A stretch of DNA of 64,000 bases from a bacterium (GCA_021836035.1 JAKBJL010000001.1:138142-202141), one strand, 5' to 3'. Counted from the first letter of the stretch, positions 35,954-45,643 are shown. Notes: generated by a model from the letters alone, not told the origin. Numbers and translations: made by a program.

Positions 35954-37171
35954 TTAAGCCGCAGCCGATTGCTTTTCCTGAAGGCCTTCGGTTTGACTGC
36001 CGTCTGCTTCCGCGCTTTCCTTGGCCTCAATTTCTAACGGGGTAACGACATTGCCGTCTAATTTAATTTCTAAAATGTCGAAATGATAACCCTCTTTATC
36101 CATTTCCAAATAATAAGTGCCGCTTTCCAGCGGGGTGCTGGCTAAAAACTGGCCGACTTTATTAGTCCGCAGGGCCCGGACGCTAGTTCCCTGGATGTTT
36201 TTAATAATAACGATAACCCCGGGAAGAATTTGGTCCTGGGCATCTTTAACTACCCCGGAAATCAGGTTGGGAGTGGTAATTTGGAAAATGCCGGCGTAGG
36301 CCGGCTTGGGCGGTTTCTTTTCCGTTTTGGGCTGGGCGGGCTTGGCGTAAGGCGAATATCTTTTGGGGAAGGTCAGGTTTGCCGCTTTAATTTCCGTTGC
36401 CTCCTTGATTGTCGACTGCGGCAGCTTGGCTTGCTCCCGGATTTTTACCATCTCGTCGATGGTAATTGTCGCCTTTGGGGCCGTCTCTTTTGGTGCTTCT
36501 TGAACCCGCGCCTGTACCTGTTCTTCTAGCGGGGGTATTTTTTCCTCCGGCGACGGCTCTTCCGACGGGACTTTCGCGTTTTGATCACCGGAAAATTCCT
36601 TTAACAAATCTTCGCGGATGCGGATGAGGTCCTCGATGCCCATCTGTCGTTTTTCGTTGGGTTTTTCTTCAGGCGGGGGCAGGGGATTTAGCGCTACCTG
36701 CGGAGCCTCTTCCGCCGCCGCTTCTTCCGGTTCGGTCTGGGGCAGGGTTTGCAGATACTCCTGCAGGCGGGTGTCAGTAGGCGCCGAAGCCGCGGCTTGC
36801 TCTAAAGACACCGGCGGGGCTAAAGGTTCTTCGGTGGTCTCGGGAATATTCCAGACTCCCGCCTGTTTGCGCCCGCTTTTTTTCCAAAGATAAAGTGTCG
36901 GGCGGTAGATAGAGCGGAAGAAATTGATGACCCAGATGTCCAGCGGCCGCTCATTGACCGGGACAAAGGCAAAAGTGACCCCGGAAACAATAAAAAGGAT
37001 TGCCAGGGGGAATTTGATAATAGCATACCAATCGGAAGCATAGAAGATAAAAGCGGTAATAAATCCGGCCGCCAGGTAGCCGAATTGTTTCAGGGTCATA
37101 TCGCCGACCAGCTTAAACTCAAAACCGGTAATGTTCTGAGGGACAGGATGCTGCTCCATGGCAAATTTCAT
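35954..37171 (-). CDS. PrgI/VirB3-like two-TM N-terminal module fused to a Pro/Glu-rich linker and a C-terminal CarboxypepD_reg-like beta-sandwich domain
   Basis: N-terminus FKLVGDMTLKQFGYLAAGFI...FVPVNERPLDIWVINFFRSIYRPTLYLW resembles PrgI-family (VirB3-like) proteins of Gram-positive T4SS. C-terminus VKDAQDQILPGVIVIIKNIQG...GTYYLEMDKEGY. Confidence 0.4.
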   Translation of the reverse strand: MKFAMEQHPVPQNITGFEFKLVGDMTLKQFGYLAAGFITAFIFYASDWYAIIKFPLAILFIVSGVTFAFVPVNERPLDIWVINFFRSIYRPTLYLWKKSGRKQAGVWNIPETTEEPLAPPVSLEQAAASAPTDTRLQEYLQTLPQTEPEEAAAEEAPQVALNPLPPPEEKPNEKRQMGIEDLIRIREDLLKEFSGDQNAKVPSEEPSPEEKIPPLEEQVQARVQEAPKETAPKATITIDEMVKIREQAKLPQSTIKEATEIKAANLTFPKRYSPYAKPAQPKTEKKPPKPAYAGIFQITTPNLISGVVKDAQDQILPGVIVIIKNIQGTSVRALRTNKVGQFLASTPLESGTYYLEMDKEGYHFDILEIKLDGNVVTPLEIEAKESAEADGSQTEGLQEKQSAAA

Positions 37172-37443
37172 TGTAAAGGCAAAACGATGAAAAACAAGAG
37201 GGTCACCTTTTCATAGAAAGACTAATTAGGATTTGATACGCACCTGGGCTACCCGGCCGCTGGATTTTAAAATATCACCCTTCTTTACAAAATAACACTA
37301 TTCCTATCTGTTCCGGAAACCTTGCCATTTCTTCCGGCGGCGACTTCCACCCTGTTTCTAAAAAAGATAGAATTGCAAAGCTTTTTTCCTACCCTACCTG
37401 AATATCCTCAATTTTTCGAAATGCCGGGCTATCCAATTCCTTC

Positions 37444-37668
37444 TTATACGCAGATGGTTCTGAGAGAACCAAAATAGATTAATTTTCCCCCCGGCTTGAT
37501 TGCCCTGGCGGTTTTCGCTTCTGCTTTCCTTTGCGATTCTTTGTCCGCGAGCATATGACTACAACCAAAATCTGAAGCCGTGTCAAGGTGTTTGTCGGGA
37601 AAGGGTAATTTTGTGATGTCCGCTTGAAGACATACCGGTTTTACTCCGAGCCCTTCGGCTTTTTACCT
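37444..37668 (-). pseudogene. Remnant of a class I SAM-dependent methyltransferase gene
   Basis: Minus-strand translation reads LQADITKLPFPDKHLDTASDFGCSHMLADKESQRKAEAKTARAIKPGGKLIYFG (motifs II-III and post-II of a Methyltransf_11 fold). No start codon and no N-terminal half. Confidence 0.5.
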
Positions 37669-37697
37669 AGCTTCAACAACTTCTTCCTCGTGAATAT

Positions 37698-37961
37698 TTA
37701 TCGTACTTCTGGTCTTTTGCGGGCCAGCCGATTAGCAATCCTGCCGAAACCGCCACCGGTATCTGGAACCCTATCGCCGGTTTTTAATAATCCGCCCCAA
37801 TAGCTTTTTATAATTATCCCTGTCGGTTCGTTTCCTAGCCAGGCGATATTTGCGGGAGCAGCCACTATTTGGTTCCAGGTTGCACCCCCGTTATTATCCG
37901 GGGAATTAAGGCGGGTAGAGATGTGACCGCTCGCAACAAATACTACCGGGCGGATACCCAG
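37698..37961 (-). pseudogene. Remnant of a BNR (Asp-box) repeat protein gene
   Basis: An 87-codon open frame with no start codon reads ...RLNSPDNNGGATWNQIVAAPANIAWLGNEPTGIIIKSYWGGLL..., and SPDNNGGATW fits the SxDxGxTW Asp-box. Bounded upstream by an in-frame stop. Confidence 0.4.
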
Positions 37962-38003
37962 TTAGTAATAATCGGATTATTGATCTTATGGTAAGATGAA
38001 TTT

Positions 38004-40706
38004 ATGGCCCAGACGAAAGCGGATACACCGATCGTTTCTGTTCCGGCAGGAAACGGTCCTGTTTTTAAGATTTCCGAATTGCAAAAATTGCGGGCACGCC
38101 GTCACGGTCCGGCGAAAAATAGATTAGCCGAAGCGCTCCGCCGGTCTATTTTAACTTACAACAAAAATCTTTTCCGGCGTCTGGCTTTAGCTCCCGGCGA
38201 CGAAAATGTGCAGACAGTGGTGGACAACTATATCGATGACGTTACGGATAATGTGGCCCAGGAACTGGCAAACGGCCGGGGACTGGAAGAAACGGTAGCG
38301 GAAACCCTGCGGGAGAATATTACGGAAGAAGAAAATATTTCCTGGGAGCCGCAGGCGGTTGCGGAAACGGCCAAGGAAGTAGCCGAAGTTGTCGACCCGG
38401 CGACAATTGCAGAGACTATTGCCGAGGAAAGAGCCCAGGAGCAAACACAGGAGGAAGAACAAGTTCCAGCACAAGGGCAAGCGGAGGGGGAAAAAGAAAA
38501 CATTCCGCCCTTAATCTTTCGGGGCTATACGCCGCCGACCAGCCAGAGACAGGAGGCCCGGACTGCGGCACCGAAAGAAGCACCTATTCACTATACCCCG
38601 GGGGTAGGTACCGGAGCCGGTGAGAAAAAACTGACGAAAGCCCGGGAGGAGATCAAAAGCCTACGGGAACGTTACGAGAAAGAGGAGCCCTCCCTTTTAC
38701 AGTCGCCGGGTCGGAGTTTGGGGCGGATCGCCGGCAGATTTGGGATTCAACTGGGACGCCGTGGACAGGTTGTTTCTCCAGAGCCGGAAGAAGGGTTTTT
38801 ACCCGGAGTACCTATGGCTCCGGTTTCTGCAGCAGCGGCAGGGAAGGAAGCCGGAAGACCCGGAACCCTTCCCGCGAAAATGCCGGATATCCAACCGGCG
38901 CAAACGGAAACAGCCCGCGAGAAAACGGCGGCAAAAGTGGCAAAAATCCAAGCCCGGCGCGAAGCCATGCTCCGCCCGGAAACCCAGGAAGCTTTGGGCG
39001 AACCGGAAGGTATCTACGGGGCTGTCCCGGGGGAACGGCCCCGAACGGCTCAGGAATTTATCCGCCAAACCCACCGCGAAAGCCCTGAGGAAATCAGGAT
39101 ACGGGCCCCGGGACCTGCCGGCTGGCTAAGCAGTATCAAAGACCGGATTTTTACCAGCCTGGGGTTGGGAAAGAAAAAAACCGCGGAAAAAGTCGCCGGT
39201 ACGGTAACGGCAGCCGCTAAGATCGCCGCCGGTAAAGAAGCACTGGCCGGGACGGGGAAAATTTTAATTTCGGCAGCGGCTAAGAAATTTGCCGGAACTG
39301 CATTGGGGACAATTCTGGGGGGACCGGTAGGGGCTGCTCTGGCCTGGGGGATCACGCTGGTAGCCGATAGACTATGGCCCGAAATTAAAAAACTATTAAA
39401 GGTTTTGGGCGGAGCGGCCGGTGCGGCATTTATGATGCTTATGACCCTTCTGGCCAAAGCCGGTTTGGCCGGTTGGGTTGCAGGCGGAGCCTTAACAGGA
39501 GCCTTAATTGGTAGTTTTATTCCTGGTGTCGGGACCATCGGCGGTTTTATCATCGGTGGTTTTGTCGGCGGGGTAGCGGGATATATTTCCCAGATGGTGG
39601 CGGCTACTAGCGCTGCCGGGGCGGGAGCAGGAGGGGTTGCGGCAACGGCGGCGACGGCTATCAGCGGTACCGTTCCTTCCCTGATGGGAATTGCGACCGG
39701 CTTAGGGGGAACGGGTCTTTTGGGAACTGCCGCCGTTTCTATTACTACGGGCCTGTCGGCAACTTTTCTTACCGCTACGATGCTTTTGGGCCTGCGCGAT
39801 GCGGTTTATCAGGATCCGGTTTATAACGCTCAGGTCGGAGCTGATATCGCCGCGCCGGTCGGGGTTTATGTAAAGAAGGTTGGTTCACCGGATACGGTAG
39901 CAAATGATCAGATCGGCAAAACGGAAATTGCCTATCTAGCCGATGTCGTTCAGGCCAGGCAAATTAAAAGCGCGACCGTCAAAGACGAAATTATTATTAA
40001 TAAAAAGGGAACTCCCGGCACCCCGATCGTTATTTTCGGTCCGCAACCATACCAGCAGGGCAAAATGTACGATTATAAAATGCCTCTGACTCCCCAAATG
40101 CAGGATTCGTTGGTAATTAATAAATTCACCATTGAAGGAACTATGGTTAATTCTGTCGGAAAGGAAGAACAGTTTACCGCCTCCGCTTCTTTCCCGATCA
40201 AAGTCGGTACGCCGTCTATGGAAGTTTTTTCCTGCCCGGTAATTAGCGGCCGGCTGTGCGAACACTCCTTAAGTAATGGTTCACCGGCTCATTGCGACAC
40301 CAATTATCGGAGCAATCCGGAACTAGATCGGATTTGCCCGGGAGGAACGAATTATTGGCAGGGCAACGAAACGGCTATTGATGTTTGTTCCACCCAGGGC
40401 GCGCCTGTTTATTTACCCTCAATTGACGGGCAGGCGGTTAATTGGCATTATGAACATGACGGCAATGATAATAATTACCCCGGCCAAAAGTACCGCCAAT
40501 TTTCGGCGACGGTTAACGGCGTTCCCTATGTTTTACAATTGCACCACATGATTAATGAGCAGGTAACCGCCAGCACTCTGGCTTCCGGGACAGTGGTAGG
40601 ACACTTGGCAGCATTTCCCGGCGGCAATACGCCGCATTCCCATATTCAGATCAAACGTAACGGCACTTTTATCTCCGCCGAAGAAGTTTTTAAAGGCTGC
40701 CTGTAA
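38004..40706 (+). CDS. Large membrane protein: acidic cytoplasmic N-terminal region, a Gly/Ala-rich multi-helix membrane region, and a C-terminal M23 (LytM-type) peptidase domain
   Basis: C-terminal NWHYEHDGND (HxxxD-like) ... LQLHHMINEQV ... PHSHIQIKRNG (HxH) matches M23 metallopeptidase motifs. A central run of glycine-zipper helices (GGPVGAALAWGITL..., GGFIIGGFVGGVAGYI). Confidence 0.55.
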   Translation: MAQTKADTPIVSVPAGNGPVFKISELQKLRARRHGPAKNRLAEALRRSILTYNKNLFRRLALAPGDENVQTVVDNYIDDVTDNVAQELANGRGLEETVAETLRENITEEENISWEPQAVAETAKEVAEVVDPATIAETIAEERAQEQTQEEEQVPAQGQAEGEKENIPPLIFRGYTPPTSQRQEARTAAPKEAPIHYTPGVGTGAGEKKLTKAREEIKSLRERYEKEEPSLLQSPGRSLGRIAGRFGIQLGRRGQVVSPEPEEGFLPGVPMAPVSAAAAGKEAGRPGTLPAKMPDIQPAQTETAREKTAAKVAKIQARREAMLRPETQEALGEPEGIYGAVPGERPRTAQEFIRQTHRESPEEIRIRAPGPAGWLSSIKDRIFTSLGLGKKKTAEKVAGTVTAAAKIAAGKEALAGTGKILISAAAKKFAGTALGTILGGPVGAALAWGITLVADRLWPEIKKLLKVLGGAAGAAFMMLMTLLAKAGLAGWVAGGALTGALIGSFIPGVGTIGGFIIGGFVGGVAGYISQMVAATSAAGAGAGGVAATAATAISGTVPSLMGIATGLGGTGLLGTAAVSITTGLSATFLTATMLLGLRDAVYQDPVYNAQVGADIAAPVGVYVKKVGSPDTVANDQIGKTEIAYLADVVQARQIKSATVKDEIIINKKGTPGTPIVIFGPQPYQQGKMYDYKMPLTPQMQDSLVINKFTIEGTMVNSVGKEEQFTASASFPIKVGTPSMEVFSCPVISGRLCEHSLSNGSPAHCDTNYRSNPELDRICPGGTNYWQGNETAIDVCSTQGAPVYLPSIDGQAVNWHYEHDGNDNNYPGQKYRQFSATVNGVPYVLQLHHMINEQVTASTLASGTVVGHLAAFPGGNTPHSHIQIKRNGTFISAEEVFKGCL

Positions 40707-40738
40707 AAGGCTCCTTATCGTAGCCAAGGGACGGATTA

Positions 40739-41488
40739 TCAATATTCCGGCAGCGGCCCACTATTAGCTATAGGGGTAGCCATCTCGCTCCGTTTTTTAC
40801 GGAAGGGTTTTACTGCGGTAAGGAGGAAATAATTAGACAGCAATGAGACTCCCATAGCAGCCTGAACCAGTAAACGTCTCAGGGGAGAACGGTTCGGGAA
40901 AAGCCTAAAAACGTTGGGGTCGACTAATTTAATTCCTTCAGGAGCTAGGAATAAATTGTAGGAATTTCTTAAGGGGAAAATAATTCTTTTCGCTCTTTGG
41001 CTGAGGGTTCGGGATTTAGAATCTTCCGCATCGCTTCCGATAAGATCGTAGAACACCCCCGTTTTTATAAAGCAGCGAAGGGAATCCAGGCAAAGAGAAC
41101 GCAAGGTGTCGAGGTTGTTTTGGTCTAAACTTAAAATTCCTTGAAAACCAAGATTTTTTAAAGGGACTCCTTTCACAAATTTTTGTGTCCGGACAATATG
41201 GGAGCTTTCCGGTTCTGTACCCTGGGCGAGGACATATTCTTGCGGAACGATGGCTTTCTGACTATGGGGGCTTGCTATTTCCCGGGCAATTTCTTCCAGG
41301 CGCCTGAACTCTAGGGTTTTATTCAGAGCTTCCTGTACCGGTTTAGCCGGTACTTTTTGCTTGCCAATTTTTACGACCGGTTTTTCCTTTTGGGCGGGAA
41401 GGAAGACGTTGGTACCGACGCTTTCTGTTTGCCGGGGGTGCCCGGAGAGATCAAAAGGCAGAAAGGGATTTTCCCCAGAATGATCCAT
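40739..41488 (-). CDS. Hypothetical protein (249 aa)
   Basis: Open frame with typical codon usage and no confident domain. Confidence 0.4.
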   Translation of the reverse strand: MDHSGENPFLPFDLSGHPRQTESVGTNVFLPAQKEKPVVKIGKQKVPAKPVQEALNKTLEFRRLEEIAREIASPHSQKAIVPQEYVLAQGTEPESSHIVRTQKFVKGVPLKNLGFQGILSLDQNNLDTLRSLCLDSLRCFIKTGVFYDLIGSDAEDSKSRTLSQRAKRIIFPLRNSYNLFLAPEGIKLVDPNVFRLFPNRSPLRRLLVQAAMGVSLLSNYFLLTAVKPFRKKRSEMATPIANSGPLPEY

Positions 41489-41499
41489 AATTTATTGTA

Positions 41500-43758
41500 C
41501 TAGATTTTGTCTGTCCGGTGAATCGGGGGCCAGGAAGTACTTATCAGCAGTTTTTCCGGGGAGAACTGGTCCCAAACCGCCTCGGTGACAAAAGGGATAA
41601 AAGGGTGGAGCAGTTTAAGGATAGTAAGATAGGAATTTTTCAGTACCGAATAAGAAAGCAGGCCCTTTTTATACTCCTCAATATATTTGTCAGCCAGTTC
41701 GTGCCAGGTAACGCGATAAAGTTCTTCAGCGGCCTGGCCGAAACGGTAAGTCCTTAAATAGTCTGTGGTTTGCCTTACCAAATTTTTAACCAGCAATTCC
41801 AGGGCGGCATCGCCCGGCGATTTGGCCGTTAAATCCTTTTTTATTTTATCACTGCTTAAAAACCGTCCCATGTTCCAGATTTTATTAGCAAAGTTGCGGT
41901 AACCGATAATTTTTTCCTCGCTTAGGGCAATATCGCCGCCGGGGGTGACGCCGGCTGTAAGGGCCATGCGGAGCGCATCGGCGCCGTATTTATCGACCAT
42001 AATAATCGGGTCAATGACATTGCCGCGGCTTTTGCTCATTTTTTGACCGGTCCGGTCTACCACACGGGCATGAAGGTGGATTACCCGGAAAGGGGCCTCA
42101 CCGGTTAGGTAAAGCCCGAACATCATCATTCGTCCGACCCAGAAAAATAATATGTCCCACAGCGTATCTAAAACAGAAGTAGGATAGAAATATTCAAAAT
42201 CCCCGGAGCTTTCCTCGGGATGCGCAACATTATAACCCAGAGTAGTTAAAGGCCACTGGCCGGAGAGAAACCAGGTATCAAAAGTATCGGTCTCCTGGAG
42301 GGTCTGTTCGCTGTGGCATTTTTGGCACGGACCCGGTTCCAACTGGTAAACCGCGTCCTGAGGAGCTATCAGGGTTTGAAGTCCCCGGCTTATTTCCGCG
42401 AAGGGATAATTTTCTTTTAATACCCGGTAAGGACCGCTGACTTTCTCGCCCCGGGAACTGATAAAACCGATTTGAATTTCCGCGTTGCAGTCCAGGCAGT
42501 ACCAAACGGGAATACGTGGCCCCCAGACAATCTGACGGGAAATATTCCAGTCTTTTATGTTTTCCATCCAGTCGAAGTACATTTTGGCAAAGCGTTTTTG
42601 GGGGACGATTTTGGTTTTGCCCGTTTTGATCGCGGCAATCGCCGGTTCAGCCAGCGATTTGGTTTTAACAAACCACTGCGGCAAAAGCAGGGGTTCAATG
42701 ACGGTCCCACAGCGGTAGCAGATGCCGACAGCGTGCGTCAGCGGCTCTTTTTTGATAAGCGCTCCGCTTTTTACCAGGAGTTCCAGGATCTTTTCCCGGG
42801 CGGCCGGGATTTTTAATCCGGAAAGCGTTTCTAATATCGCTTTCTCGCGCAGCCCGTTAAAACGCGGGTCCGAAAAATCCAGGCGGCCGGCACGGTCGAC
42901 TATGGAAATTACCGGAAGATGATGGCGGCTGCCGATTTCGAAATCCAGCGGGTCATGGCCCGGGGTTACTTTTAGGGCGCCGCTACCGAATTTAATATCG
43001 ATCGCCGGGTCGGTAATGATGGGAATGGTTAAATTAAGAAGGGGAATGGTAGCTTGTTGTCCCGGGAGTTTCAGATAGCGTTTGTCCTTGGGGTTAATCG
43101 CAACGGCCGTATCGGCAAATATAGTCTCCGGACGGGTGGTAGCTACAGAGACGGGGCCGTAGTTTAGATAGTATAAAAAGTCAGACCGTTCCTGGTAATC
43201 CACTTCCAGCTCTGAGAAAGCCGTGCCGCAGCGGGGACAATAATTTACCAGGCGCTGTCCGCGGTAGAGTAATTTATCATGGTATAATTTCCGGAATGTA
43301 GCCAGAACGTTTTCCACGATCTGCGGCTCCAGGCTGTAGTGGTAACGGGTCCAGTCCAGGGAAAAACCCAGACGCTTGAGTTGGTTTTTGTTTAACTCCC
43401 GGTTTTTTTCCACAAACCCCCAAACCATCTTAAAGAGCGTCTCCCGGTCGAAATCAAAGCGGCTTTTGCCCTCTTTTGCCAGATGTTTCTCATAAACATA
43501 CTGTGTTTCGATACCGGCATGATCGGCCCCGGGCAGCCATAAAGTGGGATCGCCAAGCATACGGTGGTAGCGGGCCAAGATATCCCCAACGGTAAAAAGG
43601 GCATGGCCCATATGCATCGGGTCATTGGCATTCGGCAGCGGCAGGAGAATGGTGAAAGGTTTTTTTTGTGGATTTATTTGCGGCGTAAAAGCTCCGCTTT
43701 CTTCCCAGCGGTGATAAATTTTTTCTTCTATTGCCCGGTGATCATATTTTGGTTCCAT
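41500..43758 (-). CDS. valS: Valine--tRNA ligase (short form)
   Basis: Class I HMGH (PMHMGHAL) and KMSKS (KMSKSRGNV) motifs. WLPGADHAGIETQYVYEKHL matches the ValRS signature. Confidence 0.8.
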   Translation of the reverse strand: MEPKYDHRAIEEKIYHRWEESGAFTPQINPQKKPFTILLPLPNANDPMHMGHALFTVGDILARYHRMLGDPTLWLPGADHAGIETQYVYEKHLAKEGKSRFDFDRETLFKMVWGFVEKNRELNKNQLKRLGFSLDWTRYHYSLEPQIVENVLATFRKLYHDKLLYRGQRLVNYCPRCGTAFSELEVDYQERSDFLYYLNYGPVSVATTRPETIFADTAVAINPKDKRYLKLPGQQATIPLLNLTIPIITDPAIDIKFGSGALKVTPGHDPLDFEIGSRHHLPVISIVDRAGRLDFSDPRFNGLREKAILETLSGLKIPAAREKILELLVKSGALIKKEPLTHAVGICYRCGTVIEPLLLPQWFVKTKSLAEPAIAAIKTGKTKIVPQKRFAKMYFDWMENIKDWNISRQIVWGPRIPVWYCLDCNAEIQIGFISSRGEKVSGPYRVLKENYPFAEISRGLQTLIAPQDAVYQLEPGPCQKCHSEQTLQETDTFDTWFLSGQWPLTTLGYNVAHPEESSGDFEYFYPTSVLDTLWDILFFWVGRMMMFGLYLTGEAPFRVIHLHARVVDRTGQKMSKSRGNVIDPIIMVDKYGADALRMALTAGVTPGGDIALSEEKIIGYRNFANKIWNMGRFLSSDKIKKDLTAKSPGDAALELLVKNLVRQTTDYLRTYRFGQAAEELYRVTWHELADKYIEEYKKGLLSYSVLKNSYLTILKLLHPFIPFVTEAVWDQFSPEKLLISTSWPPIHRTDKI

Positions 43759-43832
43759 TCTGGGCTAATTGTAACAACTAGATCTGAACTTGACAAACAG
43801 CAATCCGGTACTTATGATCGGCCTAACTACCG

Positions 43833-45080
43833 ATGAAGAAGATACCGGGGGTGAATTTTTATTTTTTCCGCCATTGGCGGGTCAGCCTTGGGCTGATATT
43901 TTTTATTTTTTATTTAGTGCCGGCCCCGGTGCTAGCCCAGGGCTATGAGCTGCTTCCCGCCGGGCAGGTTATTGGCTCCGATTTTATCAGAGCCGCCGAT
44001 ACGGTCCAAATTGACGGCGAAATCAAAGGCGACGCTTTTTTAGCCGGCGGGTTGGTGACGGTAAACGGCCCCGTAGACGGCGACCTGTTTGTTGTCGGCG
44101 GCAAAGTCAATATCAACGGCCCGGTGGGTAACAGCATCCGGGTTCTAGCCGGAGATGTTTCCGTTAATAGTACGGTGGGGCGGAATGTCCTCCTCTTGTG
44201 CGGCAATTGTACCGTAACCCGCAGGGCGACAATCTCCGGGAGTTTACTAACCGCCGGCGGCAATCTGGAGTTATCGGCGGCCAAAATCGGCCGCGGCTTT
44301 CGCTTTTTGGGCAGCCGTTTATATTTAAATTCGGAGATTGCCAACGAAGCTTTTGTCGTCGCCGACAGGGAATTTTTACTGGGGCCAATGGCTTCAATTT
44401 CCGGCAGTTTAAAATATACCGGAAGCACCGAAGCGGTTTTGGAACCGGGGGCTACCGTTGCCGGCAATATTGCTTATCAGAAAACAACCAGGGATGAAAC
44501 TTTCCCGCGCTTTTTCGGTGCCCGGACGGTGCTTTCCTCGTATCAGCGGATTAAACCGCTGACCGACTTCCTGGGTTTTGTCGTTTCGGCAATCATCGGC
44601 TTTATTCTGCTCGGACTTTTTCCCAGGGGTTTTGAGAAAGTGGTATCGGCGATAGAAAATCGGCCTTATGCCAGTTTTGGCTGGGGCATTGTCGTTGTCT
44701 TAATGGTCCCTACTTTAGCCCTGTTGTTTGCGATTACTCTCATCGGGATCCCCGTATCGCTGGTTATTTTACTTCTGGCCTATCTGGCGTGGATTTTAGC
44801 CCAGTATCTGATGGCTTTTTTTATCGGCCGGCGTATTTTATTTGCCCGCTTCGGGGAGCGGCGCGGTTGGGCTCTCGTTTTGGGCCTGTTTTTAATTTAT
44901 TTGGTGGGTCTTGTCCCGATTATCGGAGGGATTGTGAAGCTTATATTGGTGCTCTTTGCCTTAGGAGCGATAATCCTGGCTTACCGGCAACCGGAAATCT
45001 ATATTCAGAAACAATTACCCTTCGATTACCACCCGGCTCCCGAGCGCTCACGAAAAATAAGATTTAAAAACAAAATATAA
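43833..45080 (+). CDS. Membrane protein with N-terminal signal, a bactofilin-like beta-helical repeat region and a C-terminal multi-TM domain
   Basis: Repeats DGEIKGDAFLAGGLVTVNGPVDGDLFVVGGKVNINGPVGNSIRVLAGDVSVN, followed by four hydrophobic helices. Confidence 0.4.
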   Translation: MKKIPGVNFYFFRHWRVSLGLIFFIFYLVPAPVLAQGYELLPAGQVIGSDFIRAADTVQIDGEIKGDAFLAGGLVTVNGPVDGDLFVVGGKVNINGPVGNSIRVLAGDVSVNSTVGRNVLLLCGNCTVTRRATISGSLLTAGGNLELSAAKIGRGFRFLGSRLYLNSEIANEAFVVADREFLLGPMASISGSLKYTGSTEAVLEPGATVAGNIAYQKTTRDETFPRFFGARTVLSSYQRIKPLTDFLGFVVSAIIGFILLGLFPRGFEKVVSAIENRPYASFGWGIVVVLMVPTLALLFAITLIGIPVSLVILLLAYLAWILAQYLMAFFIGRRILFARFGERRGWALVLGLFLIYLVGLVPIIGGIVKLILVLFALGAIILAYRQPEIYIQKQLPFDYHPAPERSRKIRFKNKI

Positions 45081-45094
45081 GAAGGCCCCCCGCT

Positions 45095-45595
45095 TTAAGG
45101 CGTGTTGATTCTTACGCTTTGGGCGGAGACAGAGCTATTAGCGGTTCTGGTGCCGAAAATAGTCACATTTTCCCCGGCCCTCAGGCTTTGTTGGGTGGCA
45201 GAACTAACCTGGGAGTAAGCGGTACCGGTATTAAGCGTCACGTTTAGCGTTTGGCCGTTGGGAAGGGTGACCTGCAGCTGGTTACCGTTAACGTTACTTA
45301 CCTGGCCGCTTAAGCCCCCGGCGCCGCTTCGTAAGCCCAAAGCTCTTCCGCGCCGCCTCAAGGCGCCGTTTCCGAAGGGCTGCATCATCCGCCCGAAGAG
45401 AGCTGGCCGCCTGGAAAGCGCGCCGTTTCTTAAGGCTTGGAATCTTTGTATGCGCCAACCGACAAAAAACGCCAGGGCAGCGATCAGGATAACTAGCAGG
45501 ATGCCCAATAATCCCTTTGTCCAATTACTGGTCTGCCTAACATCCCGCACGTCGGCCGGTTTGTTATTTACTTCAGCGGTGGTTGTGGTGTCCAT
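45095..45595 (-). CDS. Membrane-anchored hypothetical protein (166 aa)
   Basis: One TM helix (LLGILLVILIAALAFFVGW) and a beta-rich C-terminus (LQVTLPNGQTLNVTLNTGTAY). Confidence 0.4.
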   Translation of the reverse strand: MDTTTTAEVNNKPADVRDVRQTSNWTKGLLGILLVILIAALAFFVGWRIQRFQALRNGALSRRPALFGRMMQPFGNGALRRRGRALGLRSGAGGLSGQVSNVNGNQLQVTLPNGQTLNVTLNTGTAYSQVSSATQQSLRAGENVTIFGTRTANSSVSAQSVRINTP

Positions 45596-45643
45596 ATATT
45601 TATTTACTTATACTGTAGAATTCTGAAAAAACGCTGAAGAATA

